A DNA stretch of 64,000 nucleotides from NCBI GenBank assembly GCA_965237805.1, contig OZ250153.1:1661585-1725584 (forward strand). Direction: 5' to 3'. Origin of the DNA: Gammaproteobacteria bacterium. Its GTDB lineage: Bacteria; Pseudomonadota; Gammaproteobacteria; JABABF01. The notes beneath the pieces were generated by a model. That model made no database searches. It was given only the letters and a program-made list of their open reading frames with translations, and had not been told where the DNA came from. Both the position numbers and the translations under genes were made by a program. Shown in pieces: positions 1-9,896 of the stretch; the first letter of the stretch is position 1; every line of letters starts with the position of its first letter.

Positions 1-761
1 TCTTTCCAGTACGTAACTGGCGCTCGGAGTGCTATTGCTTCTTTGAAGGTTTTTTCCATGTTTGCAATCTTCGTTTCAGATTCTTGCATAAATTTGAGAA
101 ACCTCGCATCAGATTCTTGCATAAATCCTCGAAACCCCGCATCAGATTCTTGTGTAAATGTGTTGAACCACTCTTGCTGTTCCTGTACTTCTCGGTGTTG
201 ATTGCTGAATTTTGGCCCCCAGTCTTTCTTTAATCTCTCCAGAGATGCTACTTGCGCTGTTGCCGTCTCGGAAGTCCCCTGCCTATATTGCAGAGCTCGA
301 TATATGCCTTCTAGACCGTGCATATTTATCATCCCATGGAGATTTATATTCTCACGACTCAAATTGAGTAGCGCATAGGCAGCGATGCCGTCGGCATGCT
401 CATTATCTTCGTTGCGCAGATTAGAGACAAACTCGGCATCTGCCGATCCAGCTGTGATTGTATACCGTCCTAGTCTATTTATATCTGAGATCAGACTTTC
501 TTTGAGCTGCTGTTGAACTTCTGGATGGCCCCCACGGGCCTCATAATTTAAAATGAAGCCACCGATATGATCCCACCATTGGGCCATATTGCTCCAGATG
601 GCCTGAAGATTCCTATCTTCACGCTGTATCGTCTGAATCCATCCAAATGCATTTCTTTCTCCGTCGACCCACGTACGCAGCTCTTCAATACTGGCGAAAT
701 TTTGCTCGCCAGTATCAATTTTTAATGTAATTAAAGGTTGAGTGTCCTCTGCTTCGCTCAT
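1..761 (-). CDS. DUF6161-like hypothetical protein, runs off the window start
   Basis: Not in the ORF track because it has no stop in the window. Manual translation from the ATG at 761 (SD GAGGTG upstream) is open to position 1: [10 protein letters not shown]...[19 protein letters not shown]. The coiled-coil segment plus LxAPVxYW resembles DUF6161 proteins. GC is lower than in the flanking genes. Confidence 0.7.
   Translation of the reverse strand, partial: MSEAEDTQPLITLKIDTGEQNFASIEELRTWVDGERNAFGWIQTIQREDRNLQAIWSNMAQWWDHIGGFILNYEARGGHPEVQQQLKESLISDINRLGRYTITAGSADAEFVSNLRNEDNEHADGIAAYALLNLSRENINLHGMINMHGLEGIYRALQYRQGTSETATAQVASLERLKKDWGPKFSNQHREVQEQQEWFNTFTQESDAGFRGFMQESDARFLKFMQESETKIANMEKTFKEAIALRAPVTYWK
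76..159. repeat. 33-bp (11-aa) intragenic tandem repeat, about 2.5 copies
   Basis: tcagattcttg(ca/tg)taaat at 76, 109 and 142; encodes [25 protein letters not shown]. Confidence 0.8.
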
Positions 762-792
762 GGGTCACTTCACCTCATCGAACAGCTACTAT

Positions 793-815
793 AAACTCAG
801 CCGATACCCGCTGAG
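793..815 (-). terminator. possible weak terminator after tRNA-Ala
   Basis: CTCAGC...GCTGAG hairpin followed by TTT on the minus strand. Confidence 0.3.
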
Positions 816-827
816 CAGACAACCACT

Positions 828-903
828 TGGTGGAGCCGAGGGGAATCGAACCCCTGACCTCGACGTTGCGAACGTCGCGCTCTCCCGACTGAGCTACGGC
901 CCC
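828..903 (-). tRNA. tRNA-Ala(CGC)
   Basis: GGGGCCGTAGCTCAGTCGGGAGAGCGCGACGTT-CGC-AACGTCGAGGTCAGGGGTTCGATTCCCCTCGGCTCCACCA; full cloverleaf, G3:U70 pair, encoded CCA. Confidence 0.97.
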
Positions 904-915
904 CCTGAAGCCTGT

Positions 916-945
916 ATTTTAAGGGCGCGGCACCGCTCTTGCCAA
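916..945 (-). promoter_or_regulatory. sigma70-like promoter of tRNA-Ala
   Basis: TTGGCA-18 nt-TAAAAT on the minus strand just upstream of the tRNA. Confidence 0.5.
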
Positions 946-1000
946 GACAGCGCGCCGCCGAGCAGCGCTGGCGGTGCCACCTCAGCCAGCTCAATCCGCT

Positions 1001-1032
1001 ATTCTTGACTTATTTACTAGGTTATATATAAT
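1001..1032 (+). promoter_or_regulatory. IscR type-1 operator overlapping the isc promoter
   Basis: ATTCTTGACTTATTTACTAGGTTAT resembles the IscR type-1 motif; TTGACT (1005) and TATAAT (1027) upstream of iscR. Confidence 0.75.
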
Positions 1033-1062
1033 AAGGCTCATGCAAGTCCCCCGTCTTCGCTT

Positions 1063-1515
1063 ATGAATCTCACCACTCGCGGTCGCTATGCGGTCACAGC
1101 CCTGCTGGATTTGACCATGAACGAGGGTCGTACGCCCAGCACTCTGGCATCTGTGGCCGAGCGTCAAGGCATTCCGAGCTCCTATCTGGAGCAGCTCTTT
1201 GCGCGCCTGCGCCGCCGCCGCTTGGTGGTGGGTGTGCGCGGTCCGGGCGGCGGCTATCGCTTGGCCCAGCCGGCGGATAGCATCTCGGTGGCGCAGATTC
1301 TACGCGCCGCAGGCGAGGGGATTGAGGCCACCCGTTGCGGTGGCACAGCCGATTGTCATGGCGGCTCGCGTTGCCTGACCCATCAGCTGTGGAGCGATCT
1401 GGAGCAGTGCATCGAGAGCTTTTGTGATGGCATCACGCTGGGCGGCTTGGCGCGGCGTGAGCGGCATTGCGCCATCGCACCCCAAGCACCAGCATCTCTG
1501 GTGCTGGTCGACTGA
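1063..1515 (+). CDS. iscR: Fe-S cluster assembly regulator IscR (Rrf2)
   Basis: MNLTTRGRYAV, SYLEQLF, RGPGGGY, three Cys and THQLW; first gene of the isc operon. Confidence 0.95.
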   Translation: MNLTTRGRYAVTALLDLTMNEGRTPSTLASVAERQGIPSSYLEQLFARLRRRRLVVGVRGPGGGYRLAQPADSISVAQILRAAGEGIEATRCGGTADCHGGSRCLTHQLWSDLEQCIESFCDGITLGGLARRERHCAIAPQAPASLVLVD

Positions 1516-1539
1516 AAGACAGGACACCGGTACTCAATC

Positions 1540-2778
1540 ATGTCCACAGTGGCAAATATACAACCCCAGCGGCAGGTCTATATGGACTATGCGGCGACGA
1601 CTCCGGTCGACCCGCGGGTCGTCGAGCGCATGGTCGAGTTCATGGGGCCACAGGGGGAGTTCGGCAATGCGGCCTCGCGTTCCCATGCCTATGGCTGGAA
1701 AGCGGAGGAGGCGGTCGAGGCGGCGCGTCAGCAGGTGGCCGATCTGATCGGTGCCGATGCCCGCGAGATTGTCTGGACCTCCGGTGCCACCGAGGCCGAT
1801 AACTTGGCGATCAAGGGCGCGGCGACTTTTTATGCCGAGCAGCGCGGTCGCCACATCATCACTTCACGCATCGAGCACAAGGCGGTGTTGGACAGCTGTA
1901 GGCAGCTGGAGCGCGAGGGTTTTGAACTCAGCTATCTGGATCCGGATGCCGATGGTCTGGTGTCGGCGGACAGTGTCGCCGCCGCTCTGCGCGACGATAC
2001 GGTGCTGGTCTCGCTGATGCATGCCAACAATGAGATCGGCACGGTCAACGACATCGAGGCCATCGGCGCGGTCACGCGCGAACGCGGTGTGCTGTTCCAC
2101 AGCGATGCGGCTCAGAGCGCCGGTAAGGTGCCGCTCAATGTGGAGCGTGCCCAAGTCGATCTGCTGTCGTTGTCGGCGCATAAGGTCTATGGTCCCAAGG
2201 GCATCGGCGCGCTCTATGTGCGCCGTCGGCCGCGGGTGCGCATCGCCGCCCAATTGCACGGCGGCGGCCACGAGCGCGGCATGCGCTCGGGCACGCTGGC
2301 CACCCATCAGATCGTCGGCATGGGTGAGGCGATGGCGATCGCGGCGCGTGAGATGTCGGCCGAGGCGGAGCGCTTGTCCAAGTTGCGCGACCGTATGTGG
2401 GATGGGGTCAAAGACATCGAGCAGGTCTTTCTCAATGGCCACGCCGAGCGGCACCTGCCGGGCCTGCTCAACTTCAGCATCAATTTTGTCGAGGGAGAAT
2501 CTTTGCTGATGGCGCTCAAGGATGTGGCGGTGTCCTCCGGCTCGGCCTGCACCTCGGCCAGTCTGGAGCCCTCCTATGTGTTGCGGGCGCTGGGCCTAGA
2601 GGACGAATTGGCGCATAGCTCGCTGCGCTTTTCGATGGGGCGCTACACCACCGAGGACGATGTCGATCAAGTGCTGGGGCAGCTGCTCGGTGCCATCGAG
2701 CGCCTGCGCGCGCTGTCGCCACTGTGGGATATGCACCGCGCCGGTGTCGATCTCAAACAGGTGCAGTGGGCGAGCTGA
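1540..2778 (+). CDS. iscS: cysteine desulfurase IscS
   Basis: [34 protein letters not shown]. Confidence 0.98.
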   Translation: MSTVANIQPQRQVYMDYAATTPVDPRVVERMVEFMGPQGEFGNAASRSHAYGWKAEEAVEAARQQVADLIGADAREIVWTSGATEADNLAIKGAATFYAEQRGRHIITSRIEHKAVLDSCRQLEREGFELSYLDPDADGLVSADSVAAALRDDTVLVSLMHANNEIGTVNDIEAIGAVTRERGVLFHSDAAQSAGKVPLNVERAQVDLLSLSAHKVYGPKGIGALYVRRRPRVRIAAQLHGGGHERGMRSGTLATHQIVGMGEAMAIAAREMSAEAERLSKLRDRMWDGVKDIEQVFLNGHAERHLPGLLNFSINFVEGESLLMALKDVAVSSGSACTSASLEPSYVLRALGLEDELAHSSLRFSMGRYTTEDDVDQVLGQLLGAIERLRALSPLWDMHRAGVDLKQVQWAS

Positions 2779-2889
2779 ACGGAACGGATATCATGCTGTC
2801 AGCCCGCGCCGGAAACGGCGCTGTCTGGTGGCGTGGAACACAAGGATTGCGGCCCAGGCCAGCAGTCCGATGATCAGAGGAGATCAATC

Positions 2890-3303
2890 ATGGCTTATAG
2901 CGACAAGGTACTCGACCACTACGAGAATCCGCGCAATGTGGGGGCGCTGGATGAGAAAGATGTCAACACCGGCACTGGCATGGTCGGCGCGCCGGCCTGT
3001 GGCGATGTCATGCGCCTGCAAATCCGCGTCGGCGAGAGCGATGTCATTGAAGATGCGCGTTTCAAGACCTATGGCTGCGGCTCGGCCATCGCCTCCAGTT
3101 CGCTGTTGACCGAATGGGTCAAGGGGCGCACTCTGGATGAGGCGATGGCGATACGCAATACCGATATCGTCGAGGAATTGGCGCTGCCGCCAGTGAAAAT
3201 CCACTGCTCGGTGCTGGCCGAGGATGCCATCCGTGCCGCCATCGCCGATCTGCGGCGCAAGCGGGGCGAGGGCGGTGACAGCGCCGAGGCCAGCGAGGGC
3301 TGA
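2890..3303 (+). CDS. iscU: Fe-S scaffold IscU
   Basis: MAYSDKVLDHYENPRNVG, APACGDVM, LPPVKIHCS; start set at the ATG after the GGAG SD. Confidence 0.98.
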   Translation: MAYSDKVLDHYENPRNVGALDEKDVNTGTGMVGAPACGDVMRLQIRVGESDVIEDARFKTYGCGSAIASSSLLTEWVKGRTLDEAMAIRNTDIVEELALPPVKIHCSVLAEDAIRAAIADLRRKRGEGGDSAEASEG

Positions 3304-3313
3304 CAGTGTGCCG

Positions 3314-3691
3314 ATGGCGACTGAGACAGCGCAGAGCGTTGCCGCACCCCCTGCCAGCGGTGCGGCGCGCGGTATCCAGCTGAGCGAAGCTGCCGCCGCC
3401 CACATCCGCGGCCAGTTGGAGCAGCGCGGCTGCGGCCTCGGCGTGCGCCTGGGGGTTAAGACCACCGGTTGCTCGGGCCTGGCCTACACGCTGGAGTTTG
3501 TCGACACCGCTGCCTATGGTGACCAGGTCTACGAGGCGCACGGCATCAAGTTGTATGTCGATCCCAAGAGCTTGGTCTACCTAGATGGCACGGCGATGGA
3601 CTTTACCCGCGAGGGAGTCAACGAAGGTTTGGTTTTCAGCAATCCGAACAGCAGCGGCGAGTGCGGTTGCGGCGAAAGCTTTCACATCTAG
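3314..3691 (+). CDS. iscA: Fe-S assembly protein IscA
   Basis: GCSG and ECGCGESF motifs; start uncertain. Confidence 0.95.
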   Translation: MATETAQSVAAPPASGAARGIQLSEAAAAHIRGQLEQRGCGLGVRLGVKTTGCSGLAYTLEFVDTAAYGDQVYEAHGIKLYVDPKSLVYLDGTAMDFTREGVNEGLVFSNPNSSGECGCGESFHI

Positions 3692-3704
3692 CGGGGCGCT
3701 GGCC

Positions 3705-4274
3705 GTGGCGGAACTGGCTGCTGAGGCGATGGCTGCGGCGGCTGACTTGGCAGCGCCGCCTGCCACCATCGACTTTTTTGCATTGTTTGGCTTGCCGTGC
3801 CGCTATCCGATGGATCGCCCGCAGTTGGATCGCCATTACGATGCCTTGCAGCGCCAGCTGCATCCCGACAACTATGTCGCCGCCAGCGCCGCCGAGCGCG
3901 ACTTGGCCCTGCGCCGCTCCAGCCAAGTGAACGAGGCCTATCAGACACTGCGCTCGCCGCTGGCACGCGCCCGCCATCTGCTCGTCTGCCGAGGGGTGGC
4001 CAGCGATGACGAGTTGCAGGAGGGCACTGTCGACGACAGCGCCTTTCTGATGGCCAATCTCGAGCTGCGCGAGCAGATCGCGGCGCTGGCCGAGCGCGGT
4101 GACGGCCCTGGCCTGCGTCAGCTGGCACACTCCCAGACGGCGGCCTTTGAGGCCTTGGCCGAGGACTTTGGCCGCGCCGATGTCGAGGGCCGCGGCGCTG
4201 CCGCGCTGGAGCTGTTCCGGCGCATGCAATTTGTCGCCAAGCTGCGCGACGATGCCGAGCAGCGAGCCGCCTGA
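3705..4274 (+). CDS. hscB: co-chaperone HscB
   Basis: J-domain (FFALFGL...HPD...[17 protein letters not shown]); operon position; start uncertain. Confidence 0.93.
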   Translation: MAELAAEAMAAAADLAAPPATIDFFALFGLPCRYPMDRPQLDRHYDALQRQLHPDNYVAASAAERDLALRRSSQVNEAYQTLRSPLARARHLLVCRGVASDDELQEGTVDDSAFLMANLELREQIAALAERGDGPGLRQLAHSQTAAFEALAEDFGRADVEGRGAAALELFRRMQFVAKLRDDAEQRAA

Positions 4275-6193
4275 TGGCCCTGTTACAGATCCAAGAGCCC
4301 GGCACCGCCCCGCAGGAGCGCCCCCGGCGCCGTGCGGTCGGCATCGATCTCGGCACCACCCACAGCTTGGTGGCGACGGTGCGCGACGGTGTCCCCCAGC
4401 TGCTCGCCGATGCCGCCGGGCACGAGCTATTGCCCTCCGCTGTCTATTACCCTGAGGGCGGCGAGGCGGTGGTGGGAGCCGAGGCACTGGCGGCGAGCAG
4501 GCGGGAGCCGGAGCGCGTCCTGCTGTCGATCAAGCGCTTGCTCGGCCGCGGGCGCGACGAAGTCGAAGAGCACGGTGGGCAGCGTTTGGTGGCCGATGGC
4601 GATGGCGCGGTCAAACTGCTCAGCGCCGCCGGTGAGCACAGCCCGGTGCTCGTCTCCGCCGAGATTCTCGGTGCCCTCAAGCGACGCGCCGAGCAGGCAT
4701 TGGGCGGCGCGCCAGAGGGTGTCGTCATCACCGTGCCGGCCTATTTCGACGACGGCCAACGCCAGGCCACCGCGGCGGCGGCGCAGCTCGCCGGTTTGCC
4801 CTTGTTGCGCCTGATCAATGAGCCCACCGCGGCGGCTTTGGCCTACGGCTTGGACAGCGGTGCGCAGGGGCTGATCGCAGTCTACGACCTGGGCGGCGGC
4901 ACCTTCGATCTGTCGCTGCTGCGGCTCGAGCGCGGCGTCTTCCAGGTGTTGGCGACCGGCGGCGATACCTCACTCGGCGGCGATGACTTCGACCGCGCCG
5001 TGGCGCTGTGGTTGATCGGCCCGGACACCGCTTGGGCAGAGCTGCCGCCGCCGACGCGCCAGCGCCTGTTGGCGGCGGCGCGCGAGGCGCGCGAGGCGCT
5101 GGGTGATGCGCCACAAGTCGAGCTGCGCTGGGATGGCGGCGAGGGCCTCGCGGCGCTCAGCCGCACCTTGACGCAGCAGGATTTTGCGGCGCTCGCCACC
5201 CCCTTGGTCGAGCGCAGTCTGGCGGTTTGTGAGCGCAGTCTGCGCGATGCCGGTCTGGCGGTCGGCGATATCGGCCAGCTGATTCTGGTCGGCGGTGCCA
5301 CCCGCATGCCGGTGGTGCGCCGTGCGGTGGCCGAGTGGTGCGGGCGCGAGCCGTTGGCTGGCATCGATCCCGATCGGGTGGTCGCGATGGGGGCCGCCCT
5401 GCAGGCCGACAGTTTGATCGGCAACCGCAGCGGGGGCGATGCCCTATTGCTCGATGTGGCACCGCTGTCGCTGGGTATCGAGTTGATGGGGGGATTGGCC
5501 GAGGTGGTCGTGCCCCGCAACACGCCCTTGCCCGCCCAGCGGCAGCGCACCTTTACCACCGCCCGCAATGGGCAGACGGCGCTCTCTGTGCATGTGGTGC
5601 AGGGAGAGCGCGATCTGGCGAGCGATTGCCGCTCGCTGGCACACTTCGAGCTGCGTGGCATCCCGCCGCTGACGGCCGGTGCGGCGCGCATCGAGGTTGG
5701 CTTCCAAGTCGATGCCGACGGCCTGCTCTCGGTGACGGCGCGCGAACTCAGCACCGGGGTGCGCAGCGAGATCGAGGCGCGTCCTTCTTATGGCATCGGT
5801 GGTGATGATGTGCAGCGCATGTTGCGCCAAGCCTTCGACAGCGCTGAGGAGGACAGCCGAGTTCGTCTGCTGGTCGAGCAGCGGCTGGCGGCGGAGCAGC
5901 TGCTGGACAGCGTGGAGGGGGCCTTGAGCAGCGATGGTGAGCGTCTGCTGGCAGCCGCCGAGCGGGAGCAGCTGGCGCAGGCCAGCCAACAGCTGCGCAG
6001 CCATGTCGCGGCGCTGTCTGAGTCTGCCGACGAGGGGCAGATCGCCGAGTTGCGCACACAGGTAGAGCACTTGAACGAACTCAGCACGCCCTTTGCCGAG
6101 CGGCGCATGGACGATGCCCTGCGCACCACCTTGGTCGGTCGCTCGGTGACGCAGTTGCAAGGCGATATCACCGCCGAGGCCGAGCTGTCGTGA
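4274..6193 (+). CDS. hscA: Hsp70 chaperone HscA
   Basis: [26 protein letters not shown]. Confidence 0.97.
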   Translation: MALLQIQEPGTAPQERPRRRAVGIDLGTTHSLVATVRDGVPQLLADAAGHELLPSAVYYPEGGEAVVGAEALAASRREPERVLLSIKRLLGRGRDEVEEHGGQRLVADGDGAVKLLSAAGEHSPVLVSAEILGALKRRAEQALGGAPEGVVITVPAYFDDGQRQATAAAAQLAGLPLLRLINEPTAAALAYGLDSGAQGLIAVYDLGGGTFDLSLLRLERGVFQVLATGGDTSLGGDDFDRAVALWLIGPDTAWAELPPPTRQRLLAAAREAREALGDAPQVELRWDGGEGLAALSRTLTQQDFAALATPLVERSLAVCERSLRDAGLAVGDIGQLILVGGATRMPVVRRAVAEWCGREPLAGIDPDRVVAMGAALQADSLIGNRSGGDALLLDVAPLSLGIELMGGLAEVVVPRNTPLPAQRQRTFTTARNGQTALSVHVVQGERDLASDCRSLAHFELRGIPPLTAGAARIEVGFQVDADGLLSVTARELSTGVRSEIEARPSYGIGGDDVQRMLRQAFDSAEEDSRVRLLVEQRLAAEQLLDSVEGALSSDGERLLAAAEREQLAQASQQLRSHVAALSESADEGQIAELRTQVEHLNELSTPFAERRMDDALRTTLVGRSVTQLQGDITAEAELS

Positions 6194-6534
6194 CCCGCAT
6201 CGTCGTATTGCCGCACGACGGGCTGTGTCCCGGTGGCGCGGTGCTGGAAGCCGCGCCGGGCGAGAGCATCTGCGCCGCGCTATTGCGCGATGGCATCGAG
6301 CTCGAGCACGCCTGCGAGATGTCCTGCGCCTGCACCACCTGTCATGTCATCGTGCGCGAGGGCTATGATTCGATGGAGCCGCCAGACGAGCTCGAGGACG
6401 ATTTGCTCGACAAGGCTTGGGGCTTGGAGCCCCAGTCGCGGCTCGGCTGCCAGGCGGTGCCGTCGCAAGACCAAGACGAGCTGGTCGTCGAGATTCCGCG
6501 CTATACCATCAACATGATCTCGGAGAGCCACTGA
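6190..6534 (+). CDS. fdx: ISC [2Fe-2S] ferredoxin
   Basis: [31 protein letters not shown]. Confidence 0.97.
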   Translation: MTRIVVLPHDGLCPGGAVLEAAPGESICAALLRDGIELEHACEMSCACTTCHVIVREGYDSMEPPDELEDDLLDKAWGLEPQSRLGCQAVPSQDQDELVVEIPRYTINMISESH

Positions 6535-6575
6535 GCGTCGGTGTGCGCCGAGGGCAAAGCGTCACAGGGAAAATC

Positions 6576-6770
6576 ATGCGTTGGACTGATGTGCAAGAGA
6601 TAGCGATCGCTTTGGCCGACAGCGGGATCGAGCGCGACCCACTCACGGTGCGCTTCACCGACTTGCGTCGCTGGGTGATCGAGTTAGCGGATTTCGACGA
6701 CGATCCAGATCGCTGCAACGAGCGTATTCTCGAGGCCATTCAAGCGGCGTGGCTGGAGGAGATAGATTAG
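6576..6770 (+). CDS. iscX: Fe-S assembly protein IscX
   Basis: MRWTDVQEIAIAL...VRFTDL...ILEAIQAAW. Confidence 0.95.
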   Translation: MRWTDVQEIAIALADSGIERDPLTVRFTDLRRWVIELADFDDDPDRCNERILEAIQAAWLEEID

Positions 6771-6789
6771 GCGCTTTCGCGCAAGACGC

Positions 6790-6819
6790 TTGGCAATACG
6801 CGCACGATGGCCTTACAAT
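6790..6819 (+). promoter_or_regulatory. sigma70-like promoter of the ndk operon
   Basis: TTGGCA-18 nt-TACAAT. Confidence 0.45.
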
Positions 6820-6876
6820 AAGTAGCTGTCCTGATTTTAGGGCATTTCCCCCTGAGCAAATGTCGCGATGCCCGCC

Positions 6877-7290
6877 ATGGCCGTTGAGCGTACCCTCTGC
6901 ATTGTCAAGCCCGATATTGTCGGTGCCCAGCGCATCGGTGCCCTGTGTGAGCGCATTGAACGCAACGGTCTGCGCATCGTCGAAATGCGCATGGTGCGGC
7001 TGGCGCGCGAGCGTGTCGCTACGTTTTACGGCGAGCACCGGGGCAAGGCTTTTTTTGATTCCCTGCTCGATTTCATGTGCTCTGGTCCAGTTGTGGCACA
7101 GGTGTTGGAGGGGGAGGGTGCGGTGGCCAGCTTCCGCCAGCTGATGGGCCATACCGACCCGACTCAGGCGGCCCCCGGCACCCTGCGTGCAGACTTTGCC
7201 CAGTCCATTGATGCCAATGCGGTACACGGCTCCGATTCCACTGACTCTGCGCGCCGCGAGATCGATTTTTTCTTCGGTCAATCGTCGTGA
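6877..7290 (+). CDS. ndk: nucleoside diphosphate kinase
   Basis: ERTLCIVKPD, NAVHGSDS. Confidence 0.97.
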   Translation: MAVERTLCIVKPDIVGAQRIGALCERIERNGLRIVEMRMVRLARERVATFYGEHRGKAFFDSLLDFMCSGPVVAQVLEGEGAVASFRQLMGHTDPTQAAPGTLRADFAQSIDANAVHGSDSTDSARREIDFFFGQSS

Positions 7291-8405
7291 GCACAGCGCA
7301 GACCGGCCTGTTGGCGGCGGTGCCGAGCCAGCCCTTATTGGGTGTGCCGCGCTCTGGGCTCGAAGCTTTTTTCCACCGTTTGGGAGAGCCCTCTTTCCGC
7401 GCCTCACAACTGTTGCAATGGGTGCACCATGCCGGTGTCACCGACTTTGCCCAGATGAGCAACTTCGGCCTGCGCCTGCGCTCTCGGCTCAGCGGTGCCG
7501 CCGAGCTGTTGCCAGCGCGTTTCAGCGAAGAGCAGCGCGCTGCCGACGGCTGCCGCAAGTGGCTGTTGCCGCTGGCTGGTGGCGGCGCTGTCGAGACGGT
7601 GTTCATCCCCGAGCAGCGGCGCGGCACACTGTGTGTTTCCACCCAGTTGGGCTGCGCGCTGGGATGCACTTTTTGCGCCACCGCTCAGGGTGGGTTCAAG
7701 CGCAACCTCAGCAGCGCTGAGATCATCGCTCAGGTGTGGCGTGCCCACGAGGCTCTGGATGCCTTTAGCCGCGGCCCGCCGCGTCGTATCACCAACATCG
7801 TCTTCATGGGCATGGGCGAACCCCTGCTCAACTTGGAGCAGCTCAGCGCCGCCGTGCGCCTGCTGCGCGACGATGATGCCTATGGCATTCCAGGTCGCAA
7901 GCTGACGCTGAGCACGGTGGGTGTGGTGCCGATGCTCGATCGCTTGGATGCCTCCCTGCAGCTGGCGCTGGCCTTGTCCCTACACGCGCCCAACGATGAG
8001 CTGCGCGAGCGCTTGGTACCGCTCAATCGGCGTTTCCCCATCGCCGAGCTGCTGGCTGCCTGCCGCCGCTATCTGGATCGTCTCGGGGATTCGCGCCGCT
8101 CGATCACCATCGAGTACACGCTGATCGACGGCATCAACGATACGCCAGCGCTGGCACAGGATACGGCGCGGCTGTTGCGCGGGCTGCGCTGCAAGATCAA
8201 TTTGATCCCCTGCAATCCGATCGCGGGTGCGCCGTGGCGCAGCTCCCCTCCGGCGGCGGTGGCGGCCTTCCGTCAAGTGCTGCGCGAGGCTGGCTACACG
8301 GTGACGGTGCGCTCCACCCGCGGCGAGGACATCGCCGCCGCCTGCGGTCAGCTGCGCGGCCAAGTGCCCGGCGGCATCGCACGACGGCAGGAGTTGCGGG
8401 CATGA
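7287..8405 (+). CDS. rlmN: dual-specificity rRNA/tRNA methyltransferase RlmN
   Basis: radical SAM CxxxCxxC, MGMGEP, DIAAACGQL. Confidence 0.96.
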   Translation: MSTAQTGLLAAVPSQPLLGVPRSGLEAFFHRLGEPSFRASQLLQWVHHAGVTDFAQMSNFGLRLRSRLSGAAELLPARFSEEQRAADGCRKWLLPLAGGGAVETVFIPEQRRGTLCVSTQLGCALGCTFCATAQGGFKRNLSSAEIIAQVWRAHEALDAFSRGPPRRITNIVFMGMGEPLLNLEQLSAAVRLLRDDDAYGIPGRKLTLSTVGVVPMLDRLDASLQLALALSLHAPNDELRERLVPLNRRFPIAELLAACRRYLDRLGDSRRSITIEYTLIDGINDTPALAQDTARLLRGLRCKINLIPCNPIAGAPWRSSPPAAVAAFRQVLREAGYTVTVRSTRGEDIAAACGQLRGQVPGGIARRQELRA

Positions 8406-8795
8406 CACGGCGGCAGGAGTTGCGAGCATGACACGACGGCAGGAGTTGCGAGCATGACACGACGGCAGGAGTTGCGAGCATGACACGACGGCAGGAGTTG
8501 CGGGCATGACACGGCGGCAGGAGTTGCGGGCATGACACGACGGCAGGAGTTGCGGGCATGACACGACGGCAGGAGTTGCGGGCATGACACGACGGCAGGA
8601 GTTGCGGGCATGACACGACGGCAGGAGTTGCGAGCATGACACGGCGGCAGGAGTTGCGGGCATGACACGACGGCAGGAGTTGCGGGCATGACACGACGGC
8701 AGGAGTTGCGGGCATGACACGGCGGCAGGAGTTGCGAGCATGACACGGCGGCAGGAGTTGCGGGCATGACACGACGGCAGGAGTTGCGGGCATGA
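8381..8795 (+). repeat. 16 copies of a 26-bp tandem repeat spanning the rlmN stop / ispG start
   Basis: Unit acg(a/g)cggcaggagttgcg(g/a)gcatgac; catga recurs every 26 nt from 8401 to 8791; no spacers. Confidence 0.97.
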
Positions 8796-9889
8796 AATGT
8801 CAGCTGCCACCGCCACCGCGGCGTGCCAGTCGCCAGCTGCATGTCGGTGCTGTCCCGGTCGGCGGCGGCGCGCCGATTTCAGTGCAGACGATGACCAATA
8901 CCGACACCTGCGATGTGCAGGCGACGGTGGCTCAGCTGCTGAGCGTGGAGCGTGCCGGAGCCGACATCGCCCGCGTCTCGGTGCCGAGCCAAGATGCCGC
9001 CAAGGCCTTCGCCGAGATTCGCCAGCGCGTCTCGCTGCCGCTGGTGGCCGACATTCATTTTGATCACCTCATCGCCCTGTCGGTCCTCGAGCAGGGCGTG
9101 GATTGCCTGCGCCTGAATCCGGGCAACATCGGGCGCGAGCCGCATATTCGCAGCGTGGTCGATTCCGCGCGCGAGCACGGGGTGCCGCTGCGCATCGGTG
9201 TCAATGCCGGTTCGCTGGAGCGCGATATCCTGCACCGCTACGGCGCACCCAGCGCCGAGGCGATGGTGGAATCGGCACTGCGCCATGTGGCCATTCTCGA
9301 GCGGCTCGACTACAGCGATTTCAAAATCAGCGTCAAATCCTCCGATCCGCGCATGGCCATCGCGGCCTATCGCAGCCTGGCCGCACGCGTCGAGCAGCCG
9401 CTCCATCTGGGCATCACCGAGGCTGGCGGCAGTCTGTCCGGCACGGTGAAATCGGCGATCGGTCTCGGTGCCTTACTGCTGGAAGGCATTGGCGATACCC
9501 TGCGCATTTCGCTGGCCGCGCCGCCCGAAGAGGAGGTGCGCGTGGGTTGGGAGCTGCTCAAGGCCTTGCGCCTGCGCAGCCGCGGGATCAATCTCATCGC
9601 CTGCCCCGGTTGTGCGCGGCAGAACTTTGATGTCATCAATGTGGTGGGGGAGCTGGAGCAGCGTCTGGCCGATGTCAGTACGGATCTGGATGTTGCGGTG
9701 ATCGGCTGCCATGTCAATGGCCCCGGCGAGTCGCGTAGCGCCGATGTCGGCTTGACCGGCGCGTCTCCCCAGAGCTTGGCTTATGTCGACGGCAAAAAAT
9801 CTCGCAAAGTTGCCGCTGGCGAGATTGTCGATGTGGTGGAATCGCTGGTGCGTGAGCGCGCCGCGCGCCCGATCGCCAGCGAGGGCTGA
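8792..9889 (+). CDS. ispG: HMBPP synthase IspG (GcpE)
   Basis: [34 protein letters not shown]. Confidence 0.97.
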   Translation: MKCQLPPPPRRASRQLHVGAVPVGGGAPISVQTMTNTDTCDVQATVAQLLSVERAGADIARVSVPSQDAAKAFAEIRQRVSLPLVADIHFDHLIALSVLEQGVDCLRLNPGNIGREPHIRSVVDSAREHGVPLRIGVNAGSLERDILHRYGAPSAEAMVESALRHVAILERLDYSDFKISVKSSDPRMAIAAYRSLAARVEQPLHLGITEAGGSLSGTVKSAIGLGALLLEGIGDTLRISLAAPPEEEVRVGWELLKALRLRSRGINLIACPGCARQNFDVINVVGELEQRLADVSTDLDVAVIGCHVNGPGESRSADVGLTGASPQSLAYVDGKKSRKVAAGEIVDVVESLVRERAARPIASEG

Positions 9890-9896
9890 GCGAGCG

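Noticed and set aside
8381-8795. CRISPR array
   Set aside because: The units are contiguous with no unique spacers, and no cas genes are in the window.
7980-8842. Three long minus-strand ORFs with Cys-rich repeats
   Set aside because: They arise because the 26-bp unit has no stop codon on that strand; they lie antisense to rlmN/ispG.
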